DNA of 64,000 nt from Acholeplasmataceae bacterium (GCA_963675245.1 OY775910.1:928001-992000); one strand, 5' to 3'; positions 40,678 through 52,602 are shown, counted from the stretch's first letter. Numbers and translations: made by a program. The notes: generated from the sequence alone by a model not told the origin.

Positions 40678-40805
40678 TATTGAAAGTGTTCACTTGTTAA
40701 TGCACGTTATTAGATGTATAATTAGGCTGAATATTGGCAGAAACACATGTATACATCTTTGTTACATATAAAAAATTGGATATTAAGCACATAGGAGGAA
40801 AGTCG

Positions 40806-43800
40806 ATGAAAAAAGTAGTAGGTTTTCTCTTTTTGGTTGCAGTGAGTGTATTTTTATATTCATGTACTGGCTTAACGCTAGAAGCCCCCACTGTAACATT
40901 ATCTGGTGATACGATTAGTTGGAGTGCTGTGCCTACAGCCACTCAATATTTCGTATATATTTATGAAACGAGTACTGAACCTGGAACAGATTTTGAAACG
41001 ATAACTACAACAAGTTTTGATTTATCAACATTATCATTAACTGATGGCACATATAATGTCTATGTCATTGCATCAAGCGGTGCAAGTTTCTCAGCTCAAT
41101 CTAATTTGGTTGAATATATTGTGAGTGGCGGTAGTGGCTTATCACTTAATGCCCCTACCGGTGTAACAATTACCGGTCATATACTTACTTGGAATGCTGT
41201 TACTGATGCAACTGGATATAAGGTTGTCATTGGAACTACAGAAGTAAATACAACATCCACAAGTTATGATTTATCCACAGTTAGTTTAGCTGATGGTGCG
41301 TATAATGTTTATGTCATCGCGACAGCTGGGTCTTCACGATCCACAAATTCCGCAACGGTGTCATATACAGTTTCAGGTAGTGGTGTTAGTGTACCAACTA
41401 CACCAACCAATGTATCAATCACTGGAAGTATCATTTCCTGGACCGCAGTTACAGATGCAGTTAGTTATATCGTTACAATTAATGGCACTAACGTTTCTGT
41501 GACAACAACAAGTTATGATTTAAGTAATCAAACATTAACGGCAGGAAACTATCCAGTAACTGTCATTGCCGTGAATACTGCAGGACAGTCAGCTGCGACC
41601 GCTGCAGTTACTTACACAGTAACTCAAATGTCAAGTGTTAATGCAATTATTGCAGGTGTATTACCAATAATTAATCCAGTTTATGAGCCAAATATGGTTT
41701 TATCAGACTTTGATGAAGCGTATGAATATGCGGACTATATGCAAGTCGTAGCAATCGTTACGATATATGCAAATGCGTCAGAAGATGTTAATCTTGCTAC
41801 AGCTGATGCGATTGGTGTATTCTCAGATATGGCTACTTTAATGGATTCTGAAGATCCACTTTTCACTAATCTTGAAACATTCATGGCAACAACATCAATG
41901 TTTGAAGATAATCATGTGACACCTGAAGTACTTGCACATATTTTAACCGCAGTAGGTACAGAAGCGTTGGCACTAGGTTCGAGCCAAATGATGTCATCAA
42001 TTGAAACATTAGAAACAGAATTATTAGCATTACAACAAACATTAGCATTGAATACTAGCTACCAGGAAATGTTAACGATAATCGATAGCAATACACCAGT
42101 AACTGCAGAAGCAATTGCTGCACTACTAGATGCAAATGATGATTATACGCGTGAGTTGTTATACATCTTCCTAGATAAATGTATTGATATTAACAATAAT
42201 GACATGTATTCAAATGATTATTATTATCGTGATTATCTTGACAATCAAGATGTTGATATGATGATTTCAATCGCGGAAGAAGTTGCAGCTGGAGATGATG
42301 CATCATTTATCGATAATGCAACTACTTACAGAATGATGTTTGACGGTATCAATTATTTATTTAGTCAAATTGATGAGACAAATGACCATATTTATGAATT
42401 AAATATGTTAGCTGATCGTTTAGATGGTTTAGATGTCATGCTTAATGATAGTCCTGAAACTATCGAATCGGCACTATCAACAGTTTTTGAATTTATGTTT
42501 ACTGTGAGAGCTTCAATGCCTGCAAATATCATTGAGTTAATAGATACAGCATTGGATAGTGAAAATGGTTTATCTGGTTTATCTACAGCTGACATCATTC
42601 TTATCAAGAATGAATTTGTGGACATTATATCTGACGCATTACCAGATGAAGCAACATTCCAAACATTCTTTCAATCAATGTTGATGATTGGAGAAATTGC
42701 GTTAAACAATGACATTTCAAATATACCTGATCATGCCGATTATTTAGGTTCAGTTAGTTATAATATGATTAACATTGAATTGATGTTCATTGGTGACATT
42801 ACGTTAGATGATGTAACAGAAATTCAAGCCTTAATTACCGCATTTGAAACGGCGTATGGTGAAGATGGAAATCCTTTAGAAAATCCAACTCCACTTATTG
42901 ACATGATTGTCTACGCTAGAACATATCTAAATGATTTTATAACACTTCATCAAACAGATGTTGATACATTAGAAATACTCTTAGGATCTACTGGAACAGA
43001 AGCTGTATATTTAGAAATTTTATCGCAATTAACTGCTTTTGCAACAGATCAAAATCCAAGAGAACTAGATATGATTTTATATATTCTTGATGCGCTAAAT
43101 TCAGAGTATGATCATATCATGACAATATTAGGTATTGCACCTGACATTGCAGATGGCTTACTTACAGCATTTGTAGATTCTGAAGCAAGTATCTTTGGTG
43201 TCATTATGGCGATGCAAAACATGGAACAACCAACATTAAGTGATATTGTGACAGCGCTAGAGTCATTAATAGATGAAGCAGCACTTTATCATGATGTGTT
43301 GGCAAGCCAATTCACACTTGCAAATATTGAAAGCATATTGTCGATGATGGTTATACCTGCGATGGCAGAATCTGGACTTTACGCTGATGATACGATGGTT
43401 GCTACAATTCAATCATTCATTCCTGATGTTGCTCAAATTATTTTAAATGTAGCATCCATAGAAGGTGATATGTTTGATGCACTTCAAACCCTCGTGATTG
43501 GCGATTATATTAACGAAACGAATGGTTTCACAGAACCTGTAGATGTTGGTAGTGCCTTAGCCTTTATTCATCTATTTGATAGTGTGTTGACACCAGCTAA
43601 TGAAACGTTGATTGATGATACACTTGATATTATCTTTATTGATATATTAGGTGACGCAACCTTACAAACTAATATTGGTGTTGCGTCATGGCAGTCCATC
43701 TTTAGAGATATGTTAGAAGATGAAACCATCACATTAACTGATCCAATCAATCTTGCAGAAATTCAAACACACTTATCTGACATTAGATTAAGAATAGAAA

Positions 43801-45473
43801 CAGTGCTTGATGAGTTTATGTCGTCAGTTCATGCATTCGCGTTAATTGATGTTACAACATTAACACCTGAACAAGAAGTTAGTGTGATGCAATTTGCCGC
43901 TCAATATGAATTATTTATCAATACCAGCCCAGAACACGAAGATCAATTGGCAAATGCGATTCCATTGACTGAAGGTGTTGTAGATACAAGTCTTTATTTA
44001 ACTGATGAAATGTATTACACATTTACACCAACAGTCTCAGGTTATTATGAGTTTACAGCAACATTTAGTGAAGAACATAGTGCATATGTGGAAGCATATG
44101 GCGGTATGAATAACATGTGGTTCATTTCTAATTGGAACGATGGTACGAGTATTAGTTTGAGTGGTTTTATGAATCCAAATGAAACGGTATATGTTGTTTT
44201 AGATATTGAAAATGCTGCATATGTTGATGTCGATGCAGTCATGACAGAACTAGATGTTCCAGAATTAACACTTGACGTACCAGTTGACATGTCTTTCAAT
44301 GATTATATATCAAATTACTATGTATATACACCAACGACTGATGGTTATTATGAAGTGACGATAAACGGTGCAGGTGAAATTCATGGTCAATTAAGGATTA
44401 TTGATAACGACGGTAATTACATTGTTGATCGTTATGTGGATGATAACATGGAAACACATTTCTACTTAGATGCCGCTATTGGAGTACCATTCTTCTTTGA
44501 AATTGTAGTTCATGAATGGAGTTCACCACTTACAATTGAAATAAGTGAATTTATGGCGACCTCATTAGAAATGGATGTTGCTGCAACGGTTCCAAGTAGT
44601 ACTAGTGCACAATATTATGCGTTTACTGTACCAACAGGAGGTCCATACACAATTGAACTCACATCAACACAAGATATTACATTTGATTTAAGACACTTTG
44701 GCAATCGTGGTGATTTGCAAAATGGATCATTTGAAATCATAGCTAATGATACATTATATCTTACTAACTTCTTAGCACCAAATCAAGTCTATATACTTGA
44801 AGTTACAAATATGACAGATACAGTAACGTTTGATATCACACTTACCGGATATGCAGCTCAAACAGTGACCTTAATTAATGATGCATCAATACCGGTCACT
44901 GCTGATCATGAATACTTCTTCGAGCTTGTCATAGATGAACATAGCTTATATCAAATCGATTTTACAACAACTGCAGAAACGTGGATCTTGGGAGATGTTT
45001 TAAAAACAGATGGTGAATATATTTATGGTTTTAGCAACGCTGTTGATCTTGCTGAAGGTTTCCACCCAGAATATTATTTTGTGCCAGGAACATATTTTGT
45101 AAGATTTAGTGTCAATGCTGATGTGACTATTGATGTTGGCTTGCAGATTCTAGAAACGCCAGTTGCGCATCTTGATGAAGAATTATTCATCGAAATTCAA
45201 GGCTATACAGATGTTATTATGCTATTCACACCAAATGTATCAGGAGAGTATATGATTTATTCTTATTCATCAGAGCCTTCTGATCCTTATATTGAAGTGT
45301 TTGATATGAACGGTTATGCTTTCATGTATGATGATAACAGCGGAGAAGGTTTAAACTTCGAAGTCTATACCTATCTAGAAAGTGGACAAACATATGCGAT
45401 TCACTTTAGTAACTATGATGATATGGTGTCGTATAATGCAAGGATTGAACTAGTTGAAGAATATATGAATTAA
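40806..45473 (+). CDS. Giant acidic lipoprotein: three FN3-like repeats, helical middle region, C-terminal beta-rich (PPC-like) repeats
   Basis: AGGAGG SD; lipobox LYSC; three copies of P..V..G..(I/L).W.AV..A..Y...S(Y/F)DLS..L..G.Y.V.VIA; repeated Y.FTP...G.Y units. Confidence 0.8.
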   Translation: MKKVVGFLFLVAVSVFLYSCTGLTLEAPTVTLSGDTISWSAVPTATQYFVYIYETSTEPGTDFETITTTSFDLSTLSLTDGTYNVYVIASSGASFSAQSNLVEYIVSGGSGLSLNAPTGVTITGHILTWNAVTDATGYKVVIGTTEVNTTSTSYDLSTVSLADGAYNVYVIATAGSSRSTNSATVSYTVSGSGVSVPTTPTNVSITGSIISWTAVTDAVSYIVTINGTNVSVTTTSYDLSNQTLTAGNYPVTVIAVNTAGQSAATAAVTYTVTQMSSVNAIIAGVLPIINPVYEPNMVLSDFDEAYEYADYMQVVAIVTIYANASEDVNLATADAIGVFSDMATLMDSEDPLFTNLETFMATTSMFEDNHVTPEVLAHILTAVGTEALALGSSQMMSSIETLETELLALQQTLALNTSYQEMLTIIDSNTPVTAEAIAALLDANDDYTRELLYIFLDKCIDINNNDMYSNDYYYRDYLDNQDVDMMISIAEEVAAGDDASFIDNATTYRMMFDGINYLFSQIDETNDHIYELNMLADRLDGLDVMLNDSPETIESALSTVFEFMFTVRASMPANIIELIDTALDSENGLSGLSTADIILIKNEFVDIISDALPDEATFQTFFQSMLMIGEIALNNDISNIPDHADYLGSVSYNMINIELMFIGDITLDDVTEIQALITAFETAYGEDGNPLENPTPLIDMIVYARTYLNDFITLHQTDVDTLEILLGSTGTEAVYLEILSQLTAFATDQNPRELDMILYILDALNSEYDHIMTILGIAPDIADGLLTAFVDSEASIFGVIMAMQNMEQPTLSDIVTALESLIDEAALYHDVLASQFTLANIESILSMMVIPAMAESGLYADDTMVATIQSFIPDVAQIILNVASIEGDMFDALQTLVIGDYINETNGFTEPVDVGSALAFIHLFDSVLTPANETLIDDTLDIIFIDILGDATLQTNIGVASWQSIFRDMLEDETITLTDPINLAEIQTHLSDIRLRIETVLDEFMSSVHAFALIDVTTLTPEQEVSVMQFAAQYELFINTSPEHEDQLANAIPLTEGVVDTSLYLTDEMYYTFTPTVSGYYEFTATFSEEHSAYVEAYGGMNNMWFISNWNDGTSISLSGFMNPNETVYVVLDIENAAYVDVDAVMTELDVPELTLDVPVDMSFNDYISNYYVYTPTTDGYYEVTINGAGEIHGQLRIIDNDGNYIVDRYVDDNMETHFYLDAAIGVPFFFEIVVHEWSSPLTIEISEFMATSLEMDVAATVPSSTSAQYYAFTVPTGGPYTIELTSTQDITFDLRHFGNRGDLQNGSFEIIANDTLYLTNFLAPNQVYILEVTNMTDTVTFDITLTGYAAQTVTLINDASIPVTADHEYFFELVIDEHSLYQIDFTTTAETWILGDVLKTDGEYIYGFSNAVDLAEGFHPEYYFVPGTYFVRFSVNADVTIDVGLQILETPVAHLDEELFIEIQGYTDVIMLFTPNVSGEYMIYSYSSEPSDPYIEVFDMNGYAFMYDDNSGEGLNFEVYTYLESGQTYAIHFSNYDDMVSYNARIELVEEYMN

Positions 45474-45491
45474 AGAATTTTATTGACATAT

Positions 45492-45518
45492 AAAGGCAAG
45501 CTGAGGCTTGCCTTTTTT
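45492..45518 (+). terminator. Intrinsic terminator
   Basis: AAAGGCAAGC-tgag-GCTTGCCTTTTTT. Confidence 0.88.
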
Positions 45519-45594
45519 GTAAATAAAATATCAAAATATTGTTAAAGATATATATAACCTATATAATGGAGACAATACATAAGGAGGTGGTTTT

Positions 45595-46503
45595 GTGGAT
45601 TATATACTTGAAGTGAAAGATCTTTACAAATCATATAAAGACATTAAAGCCGTCAATGGGATATCGTTTTCTGTGAAGAGAGGAAGTTTGTTTGCTTTTT
45701 TAGGACCAAATGGTGCAGGCAAATCAACGACCATTAATATCATCACGACATTGCTTGATAGAGATAAAGGTGAAGTGATATTAAATGGAAAAACTAATGA
45801 TACCTATTTTAGAGAAAAGATTGGTGTTGTATTTCAAGATAATGTCTTAGATGATCTTCTTACGGTTAAACAAAATTTAATTTTAAGAGGTTCACTGTAT
45901 TTAAATAACAAAGCTGCTGTTCACAAACGATATGAGGAATTAAAATCCTTTTTAAATTTAGAAGAATTCGAACATCAACCATTTGGAAAATTATCAGGTG
46001 GTCAAAAAAGAAGAACAGAAATTGCAAGAGCTTTATTTGCGAATCCTGAACTCTTATTAATGGATGAACCAACAACAGGGTTAGATCCTGAGACGAGACA
46101 AACAGTTTGGAAAGTCATTGATGAACTTAGAAAACGAGATGGATTAACGATTTTTTTAACCACGCATTATATGGAAGAAGCAGTAGGTGCTGATCACGTT
46201 GTCATTATCGATAAAGGTCTCATTAAAGTTCAAGGAACACCTGCAGCTTTAAAAGATCAATATAGTCATGATCGATTAGTTATCGTACCACACGATAAAA
46301 AAGCATTTGAAGCATCACTTCAAAAGGAAAATATAGTGTATAAGAAAATAGCAGATCAGTTTGTTATAAAAGTTGATGAAACAGATGAGATGTTTAGATT
46401 ATTAGATACATACAGAAAAAACATAAAATCATTTGAAGCAATTAAAGGGACGATGGATGATGTGTTCATCAATGTTATTGGGGAGGTGAATGGTAATGTT
46501 TGA
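45595..46503 (+). CDS. ABC-2 type exporter ATPase
   Basis: GPNGAGKS, LSGGQKRR, DEPTTGLD, LTTHYMEEA. Confidence 0.93.
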   Translation: MDYILEVKDLYKSYKDIKAVNGISFSVKRGSLFAFLGPNGAGKSTTINIITTLLDRDKGEVILNGKTNDTYFREKIGVVFQDNVLDDLLTVKQNLILRGSLYLNNKAAVHKRYEELKSFLNLEEFEHQPFGKLSGGQKRRTEIARALFANPELLLMDEPTTGLDPETRQTVWKVIDELRKRDGLTIFLTTHYMEEAVGADHVVIIDKGLIKVQGTPAALKDQYSHDRLVIVPHDKKAFEASLQKENIVYKKIADQFVIKVDETDEMFRLLDTYRKNIKSFEAIKGTMDDVFINVIGEVNGNV

Positions 46504-47380
46504 GTTATGGTCATTAACGAAAAGACACATGCTTAGATATTTAAAAGATCGTGCCGCTGTTTTCTTCTCATTCTTGAGTGTACTTATTTTACTGGCACTT
46601 TACATTTTATTTATTGGTCGTTCATATACGGATGGATTGCCTGACATCTTTCCAGAAGAACTTAAAACTTTCTTAGTTGTGAGTTTAACGATGGGTGGGG
46701 TCTTGGTGATTAATTCAATGTCCTTATCGTTAGGAATCATGGGGACTTTTGTAGAAGATATAGCTAAACGAAATATTGATGCATTTCTAGTGACACCTAT
46801 TAAAAGATGGAAAGTCATTATTAGTTATTATTTATCAGCAATCATTGTGACGAGCGTTTTATCATTAGTGATGTGGGGATTAACAATTGCTTATGTCGGT
46901 ATTGCATCTGGATATTGGTATAGTCTTATGGTTATACTAAAAGCGTCAGGTCTTCTAATTCTTTATACATTTATCTCATCATCAATCATGATTTTCTTAG
47001 TGACCCTATTAAAATCAATTAATGCATTTGGTGCACTGTCTGGTATTTTAGGAACTTTAGTAGGTTTTACATCAGGTATTTATATGCCACTCGCTATTTT
47101 AGGTAAGGGGATGCAGTATGTGGCTTCAATTAACCCTTTCACACATATGAGTGTACTTTTAAAACAGGTTTTATTGGAAGAACCGTTAGCGGAAACAATC
47201 GGTTACTTTGGTGGAAATATGGATGCTTATAATAATATGCTAAACATGTATGGCAGCGTAAATAATGGTATCTTCGGTGTTGATGTATCACTCATCTGGT
47301 CATTTTTAGGTATTGGCGTATTATCGGCACTATTATTAGCGTTTGCGTTTAATAACATGAATAAGAAGATAAAGAGTTAG
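46496..47380 (+). CDS. ABC-2 type exporter permease
   Basis: VFFSFLS, F.VTP..R, GF..GIY.P; six TM segments. Confidence 0.87.
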   Translation: MFELWSLTKRHMLRYLKDRAAVFFSFLSVLILLALYILFIGRSYTDGLPDIFPEELKTFLVVSLTMGGVLVINSMSLSLGIMGTFVEDIAKRNIDAFLVTPIKRWKVIISYYLSAIIVTSVLSLVMWGLTIAYVGIASGYWYSLMVILKASGLLILYTFISSSIMIFLVTLLKSINAFGALSGILGTLVGFTSGIYMPLAILGKGMQYVASINPFTHMSVLLKQVLLEEPLAETIGYFGGNMDAYNNMLNMYGSVNNGIFGVDVSLIWSFLGIGVLSALLLAFAFNNMNKKIKS

Positions 47381-47455
47381 ATGAAATAAAAATATTAATT
47401 AGCGGTATAATGAAAGTAAAGTTATATCGCTTTTTGTTTATATGAGGAGGCATTT

Positions 47456-48466
47456 ATGAGTAAATTACCATATTTTAAACCGAAATCATTAATATACACA
47501 GGTACACATGTTGAAGGAAAAGCTATCATAAGACACTATCATTATGATGAGATATACTTTAAAGCCTATGATACATTCACACCTGATAAGACATATAAAA
47601 ACTATATTCAAGTGATTGGTTTAACGGATACTGATATGATTAAAAAGATTCAAGAAACATATCAGATAGAACCGTTTATCATGGAAGATATTTTAAATGT
47701 GAAACAACGATTGAAATTTGATTATCACGAAGATTACATTTTTGCTACTTTGCATAACAGATATATAGATAAAGAAGATGTCAAAGCTGATTATCTTTCT
47801 ATTTATGCTGTGGATCATACGGTCATATCGTTTCATGAAACTGAACCCGCATATTTAACATCACTTATTCCTTTATTGAAAGATTACAAAGAATTAAAGT
47901 CGCAAGGCTCTGATTTATTGTTTTACCACATCTTGGATATGATTACAGATGATCATATTGAACTGTTAGACTTTTATGATCATCAAATGAATGCATTTGA
48001 AGAAGAAGTATTGGAATCCAAGAAATTTGAACAATCGGAATTTTATCTTTTAAGAAAAAGAATGCTTCAACTTCATAGTATTATTACACCTATGTACGAA
48101 CAAGTTGATAAAATGTTACAACGAAAACTACCTTTATTAACGGCGCATAGTTTAGGTTATTTTGATGATTTAAAAGATCACTTAAAACGATTAGATTCAA
48201 AACTCTTTCAATCAAGAGATATGATGCGTCAATTACTTGATTTACATATGAATAATCAATCAACTAAAATGAATAAAATCATGTCGACTTTAACATTGTT
48301 TTCTGCGATTTTCATACCACTCTCTTTCCTTACAGGATTCTTCGGTATGAACTTTCATTACTTTGAGGCATTGGATTTTCCATATGCGATTATCACATTT
48401 ATTATCAGTTGTGTGCTCATTGCTGGAGGTATGTTTATCTTCTTTAAAAAACGTCGTTGGTTTTAG
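47456..48466 (+). CDS. corA: Magnesium/cobalt transporter CorA
   Basis: EDILN..QR.K, N.IM..LT, GFFGMNF signature. Confidence 0.92.
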   Translation: MSKLPYFKPKSLIYTGTHVEGKAIIRHYHYDEIYFKAYDTFTPDKTYKNYIQVIGLTDTDMIKKIQETYQIEPFIMEDILNVKQRLKFDYHEDYIFATLHNRYIDKEDVKADYLSIYAVDHTVISFHETEPAYLTSLIPLLKDYKELKSQGSDLLFYHILDMITDDHIELLDFYDHQMNAFEEEVLESKKFEQSEFYLLRKRMLQLHSIITPMYEQVDKMLQRKLPLLTAHSLGYFDDLKDHLKRLDSKLFQSRDMMRQLLDLHMNNQSTKMNKIMSTLTLFSAIFIPLSFLTGFFGMNFHYFEALDFPYAIITFIISCVLIAGGMFIFFKKRRWF

Positions 48467-48484
48467 GACCCTTAAGGTCCTTTT

Positions 48485-48512
48485 TTTACATGCTATTTAC
48501 AAAAGTATTACT
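48485..48512 (+). promoter_or_regulatory. Pho box (PhoP-type direct repeats) upstream of pstS
   Basis: TTTACA (48485), TTTACA (48496), ATTACT (48507) at 11 nt period; TACAAT -10 at 48545-48550; follows the corA terminator. Confidence 0.7.
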
Positions 48513-48585
48513 AAACAGTGATAGATAGATTTCATCAGTTCTCATACAATAGAGATGATCACAGGAAAATTATAAGGAGAACATA

Positions 48586-49530
48586 ATGAAAAAAGTCGTT
48601 TTAGTATTAATCACTGTCTTAGCATTGACGTTAAGTGCATGTACAAGTAATGAAGGATTTGATGCATCATCAGATATTTCAGTTTATACAAGAGATACAT
48701 CTAGCGGTACAAGAGCTGGATTCATGGGTAAAATTGGTTTTGAAGAAGCAGAAGCTGATGATTCAGTTTTAGCTGATGGATTTATTATTGCTGGTAATGA
48801 TGAAATTATTTCAGCCGTTCAAGATGATTTATATGCAGTTGGTTATGTCTCACTTTCAACGTTAGATACAACATTATTTAAAGGGTTGAATTTTGAAGGG
48901 GTTGCTCCAACTGAAGCAAACGTACTATCAGGTGAATACTTATTAGCTCGTAGATTCAATTATATGTTACGTGATGACTACTCTGTTTATGGCGATGATG
49001 CAGAACGTATTGAAGATTTAGCAAATGCATTTGTTGCCTATATGGGATCATCAGAAGGACTAGCTACGATTAAAGCAGCTCATGGTATCGTTGATGTCAC
49101 TTCAGGTCAACCTTGGGCTACAGTTAAATCAGGTCAAGATTGGGAAGCAACTGTTAATGGAGATAACAGTGACTTAACGATTAAATTCGGTGGTTCAGAT
49201 TCTGTTGAAAAAATTGCAAAAGCATTATCTGCTGACTTTGCACCTAAAGCTGGTAATTTCATTCCTGAACATAATCATACAGGTTCATCAAATGCTTATA
49301 AAGGGTTGAATGGTGAAAACAGTGCAGTGAATGATGCATTATCTATTATGATAGGTTTCGCTTCAAGAGAATTTAAAGATACAGAACCTGCAAATGTGAC
49401 AGGTGTTGTTGCAATTGATGCAATCGTTGCTATCGTTAACTTAGAAAACCCAGTCATGAATATGACAGCTGAAGATCTAAAAAATATCTATAGTGGTTCA
49501 ATTACAACTTGGGAATCATACATATCTTAA
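48586..49530 (+). CDS. pstS: Phosphate ABC substrate-binding lipoprotein
   Basis: Lipobox LSAC; RD..SGTR, GYVS, GGSDSV, TGSS, ASRE, A.DAI. Confidence 0.88.
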   Translation: MKKVVLVLITVLALTLSACTSNEGFDASSDISVYTRDTSSGTRAGFMGKIGFEEAEADDSVLADGFIIAGNDEIISAVQDDLYAVGYVSLSTLDTTLFKGLNFEGVAPTEANVLSGEYLLARRFNYMLRDDYSVYGDDAERIEDLANAFVAYMGSSEGLATIKAAHGIVDVTSGQPWATVKSGQDWEATVNGDNSDLTIKFGGSDSVEKIAKALSADFAPKAGNFIPEHNHTGSSNAYKGLNGENSAVNDALSIMIGFASREFKDTEPANVTGVVAIDAIVAIVNLENPVMNMTAEDLKNIYSGSITTWESYIS

Positions 49531-49605
49531 ATCGTTATTAACTTAATTTAGTAAAAAACACCAGTCTAAGGATTGGTGTTTTCGCATGTTAAAAAGGAGC
49601 CATTT

Positions 49606-50592
49606 ATGCAATCAGTAAAAGAACACATCACCGCAAAAAACATCAGAAGAAAAAACCGTGCTGATCTGATTTTTAGACATATTTTTAGAGCTGCAAGTTT
49701 ATTATCCGCATCTTTTGTTATTATCGTTGTTATTGTGATTGCTGTAAGAGGAATAACACCATTTGTTTCGTCTTATGTTGGGTATAACAACTTAACCGGT
49801 CAAATCATTTTAAATCCAGTCAATCCTATTAGATTTATAACTAAAATGTCGTGGTTATCAGGTGCTGTAGGGGCTTCCAGTGATTATGGTGTCGGTTTTG
49901 CAATTTTAAATACAATCATAGCTGTATTAATGTCACTTATTATCACTGTGCCAGTGGCTTTGTTAACAGCACTTTTAATTGCAAAAGTCGCACCAAAAAG
50001 AATATCAAACTTTTTAAGTACTGTCGTTGAGCTTTTAGCCTCCATACCATCTATTATATATGGCGTGATTGGTTTAGGTGTGATTACGAATATTGTCGGA
50101 TGGATTGGTAATCTTTTTAATTATCAAACCTCTGCGGGTCTTTCACTATTATCCACAGTACTGGTTTTATTTATGATGACATTACCGACAATTACTGCGG
50201 TTGCTGAAACATCAATTAGAGCCGTTAAAAATGATATTATTGAAGGATCATTGGCGTTATCAGCAACACCGATGCAAACCTATTTTAAAGTCGTTTTAAC
50301 AAGTGCAAAAAGCGGTATTTTTGCAGGTGTGATTTTAGGTGTTGGTCGTGCTTTAGGTGAAGCAACTGCGGTTTCTATGGTATCAGGTAACTCTTTTAGT
50401 GGCGTGACAATAAACCCATTAGCAACTACATCCACATTGACATCACGCATGTTAATGGGTATTAAAGAAACGACTGGTATCGATTATGATATACGTTTTT
50501 CGGTTGGACTTGTACTCATGGTTGTCATTTTAGTTACAAACGTCCTACTTCGTTGGGTCATGAAGAAAGTAGGTAACTTAGATGAAAACTAA
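49606..50592 (+). CDS. pstC: Phosphate ABC permease
   Basis: ELLASIPSIIYG, E.SLAL.AT, GRALGEATAV. Confidence 0.93.
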   Translation: MQSVKEHITAKNIRRKNRADLIFRHIFRAASLLSASFVIIVVIVIAVRGITPFVSSYVGYNNLTGQIILNPVNPIRFITKMSWLSGAVGASSDYGVGFAILNTIIAVLMSLIITVPVALLTALLIAKVAPKRISNFLSTVVELLASIPSIIYGVIGLGVITNIVGWIGNLFNYQTSAGLSLLSTVLVLFMMTLPTITAVAETSIRAVKNDIIEGSLALSATPMQTYFKVVLTSAKSGIFAGVILGVGRALGEATAVSMVSGNSFSGVTINPLATTSTLTSRMLMGIKETTGIDYDIRFSVGLVLMVVILVTNVLLRWVMKKVGNLDEN

Positions 50593-51811
50593 CATTAAAA
50601 AAAGTAAACAAACTTATGATAGAATCGCTAAAACATCTATTTACAGTATGGGTTTCATTGGCGTGTTGATACTTGCAATGGTGATTATCTATGTACTTAT
50701 GACAGGTGCATCACTCGTCAATTGGGATATGCTAACTGGAGATTCTCAAGATATTAATACGAATGTCTATTTAAATGTTGGTCCAAGTCATTTTGAAGCT
50801 GAACATGAATTAGGTGATGAAATATATTATTCATCAGCATGGGGTGTAGGTTTTGTTAATGAGATCAACCGGGCTGGACATGATATTGTCGAAATTGCTT
50901 ATATTCATTCTGATAGTCCATTCTTAAACGCGTTAGATAAAAACAATAGTGATGAAAATGGAAATCCAACGGTGATTAGGCTAAATGAAAATACATCGAT
51001 ACAAACCGCTATTTTTAACAATTTCACCTCATTCACGTTTTATACAGATGGAGCTGAAGCGGTTAGAGATGTCTTTCAACAAGCTACACAAGTTGATGAT
51101 GTCACCGTACAAGTTGTTGGTGGCGGGATTAGAGGGTCAGTCTTAACAACATTGTGGATGATTTTGATTACATTGATACTAGCGGTTCCCATAGGGGTTG
51201 CTACTGCAATATACTTTAATGAATTTGCGAAAAACACAAGATTCTCGAACATGATTAAATCACTTGTTGATATGTTAACAGGTGTTCCATCGATCATTTA
51301 TGGATTGTTAGGTGCAGCGGTTTTTATACCGTTACTTAATTCAACGGGGTTGACAGCAGGTGGTTCAATCTTAAGTGGTGCAATCACTATGGCTGTCATA
51401 TTGCTTCCAACGATTATTAAAAGTACAGAAGAAGCACTTAAAATCATTCCAAATGATTTAAGACAAGGTTCATTGGCTTTAGGGGCAAATGAGACGCAAA
51501 CTATATTCAAAGTCGTCCTTCCTAATGCAATACCAGGTATATTGACTGGAGTACTGTTAGGGATAGGTAGAATAATGGGTGAATCGGCAGCGTTAATCTT
51601 CGCTGTTGGTGCTGTAACAAAAGACACAGTTTCACTGACAGAACGCTCGTCCACCTTAGCGGTTCATATATGGGTTATAATGGGAGGAGAGGCACCAAAT
51701 TTCGAACTAGCCTCAGCCATCGCCATTATTATGTTAATTGTTGTATTTATCATAAACTTTATTGTTAAGTTATTTGCTAAACGACTACAGAAAAACATGA
51801 ATTGGAGTTAA
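50582..51811 (+). CDS. pstA: Phosphate ABC permease with extracytoplasmic insertion
   Basis: [30 protein letters not shown]. Confidence 0.92.
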   Translation: MKTNIKKSKQTYDRIAKTSIYSMGFIGVLILAMVIIYVLMTGASLVNWDMLTGDSQDINTNVYLNVGPSHFEAEHELGDEIYYSSAWGVGFVNEINRAGHDIVEIAYIHSDSPFLNALDKNNSDENGNPTVIRLNENTSIQTAIFNNFTSFTFYTDGAEAVRDVFQQATQVDDVTVQVVGGGIRGSVLTTLWMILITLILAVPIGVATAIYFNEFAKNTRFSNMIKSLVDMLTGVPSIIYGLLGAAVFIPLLNSTGLTAGGSILSGAITMAVILLPTIIKSTEEALKIIPNDLRQGSLALGANETQTIFKVVLPNAIPGILTGVLLGIGRIMGESAALIFAVGAVTKDTVSLTERSSTLAVHIWVIMGGEAPNFELASAIAIIMLIVVFIINFIVKLFAKRLQKNMNWS

Positions 51812-51815
51812 CACA

Positions 51816-52589
51816 ATGAATAATAATATACAAAATAAAGCAGTATTTAAATTAAATAATATCAATTTATTCTACGATGAATTTCAAGCAATTAAGAATA
51901 TATCGATGGATATAAACTATCATGAAGTCACAGCGTTCATTGGACCTTCTGGATGTGGAAAATCAACATTTATTCGTATTTTAAATCGTATGAATGATTT
52001 AATTTCTTCATGTAAGGTCACAGGGGATGTGCTATATGAAGAACAAGATGTCTATAGTAAAGACTTTGATGTGATTGAATTACGATCTAAAGTAGGTATG
52101 GTATTCCAAAAACCTAACCCATTTCCAATGAGCATTTATGATAATATTGCATATGGTCCAAAATGCCAAGGGATTAAAGATAAAAAAATACTTGATGAGA
52201 TTGTTGAAAATTCACTTAAGAAGGCTGCATTATGGGATGAAGTCTCTGATCGATTAAAAAATTCAGCGATGAGTTTATCTGGTGGTCAACAACAACGTTT
52301 ATGTATCGCAAGAACCATCGCGATGGAGCCTGAAGTGATTTTAATGGATGAACCAACATCGGCACTAGATCCGATTTCAACAGCTAAGATTGAAGACTTA
52401 ATTGTTGAATTAAAAAAAGATTATACGATTGTTATCGTGACGCATAATATGCAACAAGCTGCAAGAATCTCAGATAAGACGGCATTTTTCTTGTTAGGTG
52501 AGCTTATTGAATTTGAAGATACTGCAATGATGTTTTCAACACCCAAACATAAAAAGACTGAAGACTATATTACTGGTCGTTTCGGATAA
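51816..52589 (+). CDS. pstB: Phosphate ABC ATPase
   Basis: [41 protein letters not shown]. Confidence 0.97.
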   Translation: MNNNIQNKAVFKLNNINLFYDEFQAIKNISMDINYHEVTAFIGPSGCGKSTFIRILNRMNDLISSCKVTGDVLYEEQDVYSKDFDVIELRSKVGMVFQKPNPFPMSIYDNIAYGPKCQGIKDKKILDEIVENSLKKAALWDEVSDRLKNSAMSLSGGQQQRLCIARTIAMEPEVILMDEPTSALDPISTAKIEDLIVELKKDYTIVIVTHNMQQAARISDKTAFFLLGELIEFEDTAMMFSTPKHKKTEDYITGRFG

Positions 52590-52602
52590 TAGGAGGAAAA
52601 TC

